Source of the DNA: Candidatus Omnitrophota bacterium | GTDB lineage: Bacteria > Omnitrophota > Gorgyraeia > Zapsychrales > Fredricksoniimonadaceae | NCBI GenBank assembly: GCA_903944345.1 | Contig: CAJARJ010000021.1 | Coordinates: forward strand, 5,528-69,527 | DNA: 64,000 bases | Direction of reading: 5' to 3' | In this document: positions 47,503-56,700 of the stretch, piece after piece | How the letters are laid out: the number at the start of each line of letters is the position of its first letter | How positions within the stretch are numbered: position 1 is the stretch's first letter | Position numbers and translations under genes: made by a program | Notes under the pieces: model-generated | Database searches by the model: none | What the model saw: the letters and a program-made list of their open reading frames with translations, nothing else | What the model was told of the DNA's origin: nothing

Positions 47503-48825
47503 CTAGAGAACAAAAACAATTGTTTTGCGGTCAGAGTTTTTGTTGTACGCCGCCAGGGCCCGGCGCAGGGGCAGAATGCAGAAAGAAATTTTTTTCTTTC
47601 TAAGCAGGCGCAGCCCTTTGGGAGAAAACGCGGTACGAACACCCGGGGCACAGGCAATATAAAGACTGTCCGGGCCTTTTTTGCAGAGCCAGGCCAGATT
47701 TTTGTCATTAATAATCTGCCGCAGGCATTCTTGCGGCTGTTTGATTTTTCCGTCAGCCCGGACGAGGGTTGTACTGGCAAAAGGTTTGCCGTCAATCCGG
47801 ATAGAGCCCTCTGTTGAAATTTTTATCTGGGGATAGCTTAGAGTAGCCAGACGAGTATGTCCGGCATTCTGCAGGGCGATAGCGACCGCACCCAGCATGA
47901 CAGCGTCGTCTCCCAGGCGTGCCGAGATGACGCGGGGAGGGGGCAGTTTTTTGAAGAAAGGGTCGGCTTTAAGAGCTTTTTCAACGCGCGCAAGAATAAA
48001 GTCTCCGCAGGCCTCGATCAGGCCTCCGCCAAACAGAAATATATCAGGATTAAAAAGATGGTTGAGAGATACACAGCTGTAAGCCAGAGACTGTGCGGCG
48101 GCGTCCATGATCCTGGTGACCAAAGGATCTTTTAACTGCAGGGCGCGGGCCAAGGCGCTGCTTTTGATGCGTTCAAGATTGCGGTCGGCCAGTTCAGTAA
48201 TGAGGGAGTGTTCGCCTTTTTTGATGGCCGCACGTATATCGCGTTCTATGGCCCAGCGGCCAGCCAGAGCTTCCAGGCAGCCGCGATTGCCGCAGGAACA
48301 TTCCGGACCCAGCGGGTCTACGGTCATATGCCCGAGTTCTGCAGCGGCGCCCTGGCTGCCGGTCATCAGTTTTCCGTTAATGACAATACCGCCACCAATT
48401 CCTGTTCCAGGGAAGATGCCGACGATTGAGGAAGCTTTGCGTCCGGCACCCAGCCATTGTTCACCCAGGACACCGAGGTTCACGTCGTTGCCGATCGAAA
48501 CCCGGAGGTGCAGGCGTTTTTCAAGGATATTTTTAAGATCGGATTTTTCCAGATTAAGATTGGGTGTGGCCAGTACTCGTCCGGCATTATCGACAATACC
48601 GGGTATAGCCAGACCGATGCCGGCGAGTTCCGAAGTTTTTTGGCCAGATTCCAGTAAAAGGGTTTTGACGATTTTGTCTATTAGGGCACAAATTTCTTTG
48701 GCTCCGGCTTTGGGCGGTGTCGCCAGTTTGTGCTGGCAGAGAATAACTCCTGCGGGAGTCACCAGCCCGCCAAGAATTTTTGTGCCGCCGACATCGATAC
48801 CTATGAAGTTTTTTTCATTTAGCAT
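47503..48825 (-). CDS. ROK-family sugar kinase with C-terminal Mth938-like extension
   Basis: GIDVGGTK, PG, NDVN, GTGIGGG, ELGH, CSCGNRGCLE. The extra ~115 aa (GSIRIDGK, VRADGKI, A..AYN) resemble Mth938/DUF498. Confidence 0.85.
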   Translation of the reverse strand: MLNEKNFIGIDVGGTKILGGLVTPAGVILCQHKLATPPKAGAKEICALIDKIVKTLLLESGQKTSELAGIGLAIPGIVDNAGRVLATPNLNLEKSDLKNILEKRLHLRVSIGNDVNLGVLGEQWLGAGRKASSIVGIFPGTGIGGGIVINGKLMTGSQGAAAELGHMTVDPLGPECSCGNRGCLEALAGRWAIERDIRAAIKKGEHSLITELADRNLERIKSSALARALQLKDPLVTRIMDAAAQSLAYSCVSLNHLFNPDIFLFGGGLIEACGDFILARVEKALKADPFFKKLPPPRVISARLGDDAVMLGAVAIALQNAGHTRLATLSYPQIKISTEGSIRIDGKPFASTTLVRADGKIKQPQECLRQIINDKNLAWLCKKGPDSLYIACAPGVRTAFSPKGLRLLRKKKISFCILPLRRALAAYNKNSDRKTIVFVL

Positions 48826-48831
48826 GGAGGT

Positions 48832-48860
48832 ATTGTGTCATAAAAAGATTCGGGAGTCAA
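48832..48860 (-). promoter_or_regulatory. Promoter for ROK gene, probably leaderless
   Basis: Minus strand TTGACT, 17 nt spacer, TGnCACAAT, 6 nt from the ATG, no SD. Confidence 0.5.
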
Positions 48861-49293
48861 AACGACAGATATACTTTTTTGCTGGATATTCTGGAAGGTG
48901 GGCGTTCGGGGCAGGATTCCTGCAGTGTTCCACTGTCTGGTTTTCATTTGTTTTATGTTCTATACTTCAATCCAGCAGGAGGATGTGGGCACAACGTATT
49001 TGGGATTTGTTATTTTATTCCAGGCGGATTTTTAGTGGGCTGTCAGAGCCCTCCCAAAGACGAATCCACCAAGTTGATAAAAATCCTCCTTGCATCTCTG
49101 GCGGCCCTTTTCTAATTGCGATTGTGCATTAGCTGGTCAATCTTTAAGCGGCCTTAAGCACGCAAGAGTTCAGACGGAGTCAACTCAGCCTTCCTGAATA
49201 TTCAACTTAGTGGTCAGATCTGGATTTTCATTTTTTATGAAAGGTCCGGATTAAATTGTATTTAAGGGCTTTATTTCTATTTATTTCGCTTAT

Positions 49294-49322
49294 TTGACAT
49301 ACAACGCAATAGGTGTTATTTT
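49294..49322 (+). promoter_or_regulatory. Putative promoter of the large-protein pair
   Basis: TTGACA, 17 nt spacer, TGnTATTTT, in an AT-rich intergenic region. Confidence 0.45.
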
Positions 49323-49394
49323 TTACAGTGTTGTTTTGGGTTCGGGTTTCATGTTAAATCAAAACTTATAAACAGTTCTGAAAGGTTTGCTGAT

Positions 49395-52300
49395 ATGGCT
49401 AAGCGTTTTCTTTTATTCCGCAGGGTCACGGCAGTTGTGGTTCTAGGATCTTTTTTACTTTCCAGTCTTTTCCCTTCCGATCTGGTGGCTCAGCAGCTTG
49501 CGGCAGGCCTGCCGGGGGTATCAGATCTCCCCGCTCCTGGCGCGATGGTTGCGCTCAGTGGTCCGGGGCAGGATGTTCTGTTAAACGGGTTACATGTCGA
49601 TTCTTTTGACCCTTTCAAATTCCAGTTTATTGCCGACCGTCGACCCGCTTCTATGGGCGATCGTTCTTATGAAGCGGAGATAAACAAAAGTATCCGATAT
49701 TTTCTTGCCACTCTGGTTTTTCCGGAAACGTCTATTTGGGTAAACTTGTCTCCTTATGAAAAAGACAGGATGCTGGATCCTGGTGTTAGCGAAACTGTGC
49801 TTGGGGAAGGGCTTGTTCGTCAGGATTATTTGTTGAAACAGATGGTGTCCAGCCTGTTGCACCCCGACATGGACCTTGGTCGGAGTTTCTGGAGCCAGGT
49901 GTATTCGCAAATGGGGGAGAAATACGGAACAACGGAAGTTCCAGTGGAAACTTTTAATAAAGTCTGGATCGTGGCGGACTATGCGACGGTATATGAAGAC
50001 CAGGGCACAGCCTATATCAAGAATTCCAGGCTGAAGGTTCTGACTGATGTTGATTACCAGGCATACAAAGCTGGATCTACGGAGTTGCACCAGCAAGATG
50101 CGTCTTTGCCCAGTCTGGTGGCAACGGATGCAATTCGGGAGGTGATTATCCCGATTTTGGAAAAGGAAGTTAATACCGGGGCGAATTTTGCTAATTTACG
50201 TCAAATTTTCCATGGGTTTATTCTGGCGTCCTGGTACAAGAAATCTTTGAAGAATTCATTGCTCGGTCAGCATTATGCCGATCATGGATTAACCGGGGGT
50301 GTAGAGGCTGCCGATGCCCGGATTGCAGAGAAAGTTTATGCCCGTTATCTGGAGGCTTTTCGTACTGGCGTGTTTAACCTGATCCGGGAAGACCGGGTGG
50401 CAGATGAAATCGTTCCGAGAAAGTATTTCTCGGGTGGAGTCGGGTTCGTTGATGCGGCTCGGTATGAAAGAATGCCGGAGCAATTTGTACCGGCAGCGCA
50501 GGCTGTTATTGATACGGAGGTTTTGCCTATAAACGCAGAAAAGGTTCCTTCTGATGAAATTGTAGGGACTGATTCCGACATTACCCGGGAGGACGCGGCC
50601 CAGATAACGGCTGTTGCAAATACAGGTTCAGTCCAGGAGTTGTCTTCTTTTAATTTCCTGAAGGTTTCCGAAGCTTTTGGGGCTAAAGCATCTGCAGTCG
50701 ATTCAAAGGTTATGCAGGAGCTAGTTAGCGATCAAGACCGGGAAGTTCTTCCGGGTATTGGTCAGGTGTCAGTCATGGTTGTTGCAGATGAGAATAAAGG
50801 AGACTTGCCGCTGGGATTTGCCCTTGATTCGCAAACAAAGACAATTTATGTGTCTGCGGATTACCTGTCCAGGGTTCGCTCAGGTGGCGATTTGTCAGAC
50901 AATAAATTTGTTTTGAGAAAAGCGTATGCAGTGTTGCACGGTGGGTCAAGAGAGGGAATCGGTTCTATTTATGCTGATGTCCGTTCCGGGCTTGCTCACG
51001 AGCAAGAGATCGTTCAAACCACGTTTGATGAGTTCTCCCGGGACATGGTGGTTAGTGATGATCCCGCCCGTACCGAGGAGTATTACCGGGCCTTGGCCGG
51101 ACAGGTATCCGGTTTGGAGAAAGAGAAGCTGGATGTTGTTTTGCCGTCCATGGAAATGGTCAGGGGTATGGGGAGGTTGCGAACGGATTTTAAGCGCATG
51201 CTTTATGATATTACAGAAAACAGGCTGGATGGCATTACCCGGGCGACGACAGAACAATTTGAAATTGCCCCGGAAGAGCTTGGACAATACTCTTCGGTGG
51301 CATTTATTGCTACAAAGTTGGCGCCGCCAACGGTCGTTCACAAGCTTTTGCAGACGGCATTGTCAGCTTATTTTGGCACGGACATTTCAGTTATTGATGT
51401 GACGGCTCTTGATTCGCGAAAGCCATCTGTTCAATGGACGCATGCGACGAGAAAACGCCTGGCAGCCCTTACCCTGGAACCGTTAAAAGCATTTGTCAAG
51501 ATGATCAGAGTGCAGGAACCTGAACTGCAAGGTTTCAATGGGGAGCCGATGTCGTTCAAGTTGCTGGCGCGTTTGCGCACGGCGGGACAACAAACGGGCA
51601 AGATGATCAAAAAATATGTCTATCAGGCCGGCTCGGATCACGCCGGAGTTGCTGGCATAAAGGGTGTCCGGGATCTTATTGGGATGGTGACTTATGAGAG
51701 TGCGGCCCAATTTCGGGACGGGATTGCGCCGATTGAGGAAAATCCGGCAGCTTATCAGGATTTGATTGCATCTATCCTGGTGCTCGCAGGACCTTCGATA
51801 AATATAGATAGTGAGACGGGGTTGTTGAAGGAAGGGCAGGCGCTGCCGCCACTTGTTCAGTACCTGGCAGCACATCCTGACAGCATGGCGGCCAGGATTG
51901 ATAAGGAACGGAATCGTCTTCTGGAGCAAGTTGGCGTTACATCATATTATCTGGAGCCTGGTGAGCTTTTAGATATCTTACGTCAGTTGGCGGCAGATTC
52001 CGGACTGGCCAGACAGGTGCTCAGCGAGATTGCCTCAGAGTTGCAGGTGGTTTATACAGACGCCAAGGAAGCAATAATTCAGATATCGGCGATGATAAAC
52101 ACGAAGAATGAAAAGCGTGTGCGTACAGCTTTGGAGAATGCCTTGACGCACCAGTTGGATAACAAGGAATTACTGCAGTCTATCGGTGATTTCGATATTG
52201 ATCAATTGCTGGACGAGAGGACAAGAGTGATTGCGCGCAATATTGTTGCCGGGACAGTGGATGTTTCCGGCTTGGATTATCGCAGATTGAACCGGAACCT

Positions 52301-53663
52301 ATTACGGGTCTATTTTGGGCAGGCGGGAAGAAATCTGACATATAGCTATATTGGGCGTCCAAAGATGTTCTGGACGGAAGGCGAGATCAGGAATCATGCC
52401 AGAAAAATAGGTAATGAGTCCGGTATGAACGCGACAGTACAACAGCATAAAAGAAGACGGGATATTGTTGGCCTTATTCTGGAAACGCCCGCAGAGAAGC
52501 TGTCCGCAGCTTTGGCGGGAAAAAGAGAGCAAGGCAATATTATTGATCTTCCTTACATCGATACGGTGGGGCTTCTGTATATGCTGCAACGCAGCAATCC
52601 GGACACACAGATTGTTTTTGCTCACACGGTTCGTCCGGATGCTATGCGAGTCGATATTTTACGGGATTATATTATTAATGAAAGACTGCTTAGTGTTGCC
52701 AATGTTCCTCTGGCCGAGGTGCCTGTTGCCGCAACCTGGACCCGGCATGCCATGTTAAGGCGACTGTTGGAGCATACCGGAATAGTTGAGGCTGAGCAGC
52801 TGGCCGGTTTCAGATCAGGATCCGAGTGGGATCCGGAGAATATCCGGGGTGTCTGGGAGCGTGTAGGAAACGGTTTCGTGCGATTAAAAGATGCCTATCT
52901 GACGGCCACGAAAGAAGAAGTGTCGTCGTATTTCGATGGGGATGTTGAGAGTGTCTGGCCGGTTATTGCTGAAGCCCGGTTGCGAGGGAAAACAACAATT
53001 GATCTGGGATTGCTGGCCTCAGCGGGAGATATTCATACAGCTACGGCTGTTTTGTCGGAACCCGAAACGATGAGGACAATATTGGCCGGGGCTGAACAGG
53101 GCCTGCCTGCGTTCTTTCCTTCTTTGTGGGATTCCCGGTTGAAAGAAATAGCTGATGTGATAAGCCGGAAAGTTTCTGAAACATACTCTATCGGGCTGGA
53201 AGTAATTCTAACGCCTCCTGTTGTAAGTGGCGAGAAGTTTGATGCGGGAAAAACCAGGCTGGTTTTTTATGATGATGGTAAACCGGTTGGACGGATGAGT
53301 TTTGATGTGAGGTTTTCTTTTAGTCGGGATGGACAAATAGAGACCGTGCCTGAAGTAAGTACTTTTGAGTTAGATGAGTCCGCTCGAGCAAAGATCCGGG
53401 ATGTGGATGCGTTTAAACAGAGAATTGCCAGTGTTTTTGCGGGAAAAGAATGGGCCGATGCCAGTATGGCGGCCCCGGGTGGTGTGGATCTTGGAAATCG
53501 TGATTTCCAAATGAATATCGAGGCCGGCAGACAGTCGCCTGAGATTACGGATACTGCGATGGAAGCTGTTCTTGTCCGCGATGATTTCGCCGGGTTGAGT
53601 TTCCGGGTTCTGGGTATTTCAACTCTTGCAGAGACCCCTTTGTCTATGGCTATAGGTAGATAA
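49395..53663 (+). CDS. Large exported protein 1: conserved N-domain + NadD-like cargo + GGVDL tail
   Basis: Signal/TM helix, ~340-aa domain shared with the next gene (WVNLSP, QDYLLKQ, VWIV, LRQ, WYKK, PRKYFSGG), C-terminal PGGVDL. Confidence 0.8.
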   Translation: MAKRFLLFRRVTAVVVLGSFLLSSLFPSDLVAQQLAAGLPGVSDLPAPGAMVALSGPGQDVLLNGLHVDSFDPFKFQFIADRRPASMGDRSYEAEINKSIRYFLATLVFPETSIWVNLSPYEKDRMLDPGVSETVLGEGLVRQDYLLKQMVSSLLHPDMDLGRSFWSQVYSQMGEKYGTTEVPVETFNKVWIVADYATVYEDQGTAYIKNSRLKVLTDVDYQAYKAGSTELHQQDASLPSLVATDAIREVIIPILEKEVNTGANFANLRQIFHGFILASWYKKSLKNSLLGQHYADHGLTGGVEAADARIAEKVYARYLEAFRTGVFNLIREDRVADEIVPRKYFSGGVGFVDAARYERMPEQFVPAAQAVIDTEVLPINAEKVPSDEIVGTDSDITREDAAQITAVANTGSVQELSSFNFLKVSEAFGAKASAVDSKVMQELVSDQDREVLPGIGQVSVMVVADENKGDLPLGFALDSQTKTIYVSADYLSRVRSGGDLSDNKFVLRKAYAVLHGGSREGIGSIYADVRSGLAHEQEIVQTTFDEFSRDMVVSDDPARTEEYYRALAGQVSGLEKEKLDVVLPSMEMVRGMGRLRTDFKRMLYDITENRLDGITRATTEQFEIAPEELGQYSSVAFIATKLAPPTVVHKLLQTALSAYFGTDISVIDVTALDSRKPSVQWTHATRKRLAALTLEPLKAFVKMIRVQEPELQGFNGEPMSFKLLARLRTAGQQTGKMIKKYVYQAGSDHAGVAGIKGVRDLIGMVTYESAAQFRDGIAPIEENPAAYQDLIASILVLAGPSINIDSETGLLKEGQALPPLVQYLAAHPDSMAARIDKERNRLLEQVGVTSYYLEPGELLDILRQLAADSGLARQVLSEIASELQVVYTDAKEAIIQISAMINTKNEKRVRTALENALTHQLDNKELLQSIGDFDIDQLLDERTRVIARNIVAGTVDVSGLDYRRLNRNLLRVYFGQAGRNLTYSYIGRPKMFWTEGEIRNHARKIGNESGMNATVQQHKRRRDIVGLILETPAEKLSAALAGKREQGNIIDLPYIDTVGLLYMLQRSNPDTQIVFAHTVRPDAMRVDILRDYIINERLLSVANVPLAEVPVAATWTRHAMLRRLLEHTGIVEAEQLAGFRSGSEWDPENIRGVWERVGNGFVRLKDAYLTATKEEVSSYFDGDVESVWPVIAEARLRGKTTIDLGLLASAGDIHTATAVLSEPETMRTILAGAEQGLPAFFPSLWDSRLKEIADVISRKVSETYSIGLEVILTPPVVSGEKFDAGKTRLVFYDDGKPVGRMSFDVRFSFSRDGQIETVPEVSTFELDESARAKIRDVDAFKQRIASVFAGKEWADASMAAPGGVDLGNRDFQMNIEAGRQSPEITDTAMEAVLVRDDFAGLSFRVLGISTLAETPLSMAIGR

Positions 53664-53738
53664 TCCTAAAGCAGGACCCCATGGGGGGCTTTGTTTCGTG
53701 GGGCAGAGATCCGGGCTAACACACAGTCGGGAATATGT

Positions 53739-56700
53739 ATGGGGCGTAGACTAGCGGCATCGTTGCTGGTATTAGTTCTTCTTTTCGAGAACGGGTTGAC
53801 CCAGGCTCAGGGTTTGTATTGGCTTCCCGCTCCGAACAGAATGATCCTTCCAGGAGCTCCTTTTGCCCCCTCTCTTTTTCAGGGCCTGCGGCTAGAGGCT
53901 TCCGATCCGCTTAATTTTCAGTTTTTGCTGGAGGATGGAGAATCTTCAGCGGATCATTCCGAGATTGAGCGTATGCTGCGGTATTTTATGGCTGCTTTGG
54001 CTCTGCCGCAGAAAGATGTCTGGGTGAATCTCTCTCCCGGAGAGAGTCGACGTGTGGCTCCTCAGGCACTGGCTCTTACCGAAATTGGCCGTGAGTTGCT
54101 GGGGCAGGATTATGTGCTCAAGCAGCTGGCAGCATCATTGCTCTTTCCCGAAAGTGAGGGGGGTCGGGCTTTCTGGGAGAATGTTTACCGGCAAGCCTGG
54201 ATCCGGTTTGGCACGGTGGATATACCACTAGAAACTCAAAGCCGTGTTTGGATCGTCCCAGGCGAGATTTCACTTTATCAACAAAAAGGTGTTGTGCTTG
54301 TTGCTTCAGCGCGTTTACAGGTTTTAGCGGAGGATGATTACCTGCGCTTTAAAGATGGAAAGCCAGAAGGTTCGGGGCAGTCGGATATTCGACGGCTTGT
54401 TAGCGATGTTTTTCGCCAAATGATTTTGCCCGAGTTAGAGCGGGAGGTGAATTCAGGCCCTGCTTTCTCTCGTTTACGGCAGGTTTATTATGCCTTGATT
54501 CTGGCGGACTGGTACAAGAAAAATTTCCAGATGATTTCGGGCTTATCTTCTTATGTAGATCAGGGGCGATTGGCGGGGTTGGCCACGGAGAGTCCGCATT
54601 TGCGTGAGCAGGTCTGGGGTCAGTATATGCAGGCGTATCAGATCGGTGTTTTTAATTTTGTGCGTGAAGAGTCCTCTCCGGATGGCGGGCAGATTCCTCG
54701 TAAATATTTTTCGGGAGGGATTTCTCTGGATGTTGCGGCTAATGCCGAAGTAACAGATTCCAGAGAGCTTCCCCGTTACGCGCGCCCACTTCGGTTGGTT
54801 AATGTGCAGGCTGTTGACCGGGCCCAGGTCCCGGAAGAGTATTTGTCAGCCGATCCGCGCAGTGCCGGCAACAAGGGGAGAAATCTACAGGCTTTGGATT
54901 CGCTTCTGCCGGATATCGTACCGCCTTTTCTGGTGATTTCCGGTCATCTTTACAGTGCGGCCACAGGAGATCCGCAAATGGTTGCGCTGGTGTGTGCGAA
55001 AGTTCTTGAAAGGCTGGAAAGAGTGTTGCGCTCTGGAGCCACTCTGGCGGTTCGACCGGCGGGTTATATTAATATGCCCGGGATTTTGCCTACTATAAAG
55101 CAGGTCAGGACCCATCAGGAGCTTGTGCAGGCAGTATGGGACATATACAAGGCATGGGAAATGCCGGAGGTTCGCGCCTATCTTTCTACCGAGACCGCCC
55201 GGCTTGAGGCCGCACTTGCGATAGACAAGAAATTCCCGGTTGACATTGGGCCGGCGATTGTAGTTCAGCAGGAAGTTTTCTCGGATCGGGGCGCGTATAG
55301 CGGTAGCGGTGTTTTTGTATCCAGAAATATCAAGAGCGGGGATTTTCATGTTTCGGGTTCATTAGGGATCAATGTAGTTCCGGAGGATATTCGTAACGGC
55401 AGCGTGCGGTCCCTCTTGAATCTGGGCCCTTCTGTGGATGAGCAATTCCCTTCATTTTCTCAAGATGGGGGAGCAGGTTTTTATGCGACACTTGAGAGTG
55501 CGGCCCGTAAATTGGAGAAGGCTTATCATTTTCCGGTGGAGGTGGAGTTTGTTGTGGAGCGTGGTAAGCTTTGGGTTCTTCAGGTTAATCATCAGGACAT
55601 CCCTGCGACAGTTGGAAGTCAGATATTGACCCGAATGGTTTCCGAGGGCATTCTAAGCCGTGCGGGTACGGTGCGGGAACGTGTGCGCATGATTCGCCAG
55701 CGTGTTGGCAAGATAAGATCAGGGGTCAATCTTGAGCCTTTGCTGGAAAATGTCAGAGGACTTTCTGTTGGTGCCGTCGATGGCGTGTTGTCTTTCAGCG
55801 TGCCGGAAGCCAAACAGATGCGCGCCCTCGGACAAAAGGTTATTCTGCTTTCTCTTGAGCCTGATCTACCCGGTGTGACTCAAGCCTTGATTGACGCGCA
55901 GATAGATGGTTTTGTGACGATGTATGGCGATTATCATATGCATAATGCCCGGTTGGCCCGTAATCGGCTTATTCCCGGACTTTCTCTTGTGGGGACATCG
56001 GCACGCATTGTTGCCGGAGTGTCGGCCCCCCGATTGCAGATCGGATCCCGGACGTATTCAGCCGGGGATCGGCTGGTAGTCAATGCAGAAGATTTTAATC
56101 GTGATGGAGAGGTTTTTCATTCCGGAGGGCTTTTTGTCAACGACCAGGAAGAGAGTGTTATTGACTATCATGAGGAAGCGGTAAATTATCTGGATTTTGA
56201 TGAACAGCAGGTGCGACAACAGGTGCGTCAACGTTTTGTGGGTCAAGACTATCAGGTTCTGACTGCTTTACACGCATTGCTGAAAGCCTATCTTTTTCTT
56301 AAGGTTGATCCGCAGGATTTTACGGTGGATCAGCTTGAGATCGCCACCAATGAACTGCATCAGATACTTGATGAAGCTTACAGAGAGGGAGAGCAGGTGG
56401 CGGAATCAGCCGATTATAATGGTGCGCGCGAGGCGGTCTTTGTGCCGATTGTGGAGGGGTTTGGAGATTCCTTTCCTTTTCCGGAGATGCGTACGCTCGG
56501 GGATCTTGAAAAAGGTTGGGAGCTTATGGCGTATTTTGTTGAGCGATATCGCGCGATGCCGCCGGCACGGATCGATTATTTTAATTATTCATCCGAGCGC
56601 CCCAATCTGGTTGCTGAAAGCTTATCTATTCCACTAAGTTTTTCTGTTTTGTTCAACGACCCTGAGCATATTAACTGGACGTATGAGAATGCGCAATTGT

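Noticed and set aside
48107-49132. 341-aa + strand ORF
   Set aside because: Mostly antisense to the ROK gene, with no motifs and Ser/Arg/Pro-rich shadow composition.
48861-49290. Possible small gene or ncRNA in the long intergenic region
   Set aside because: No convincing RBS-ORF or recognisable RNA family seen by eye. An Rfam scan is needed.
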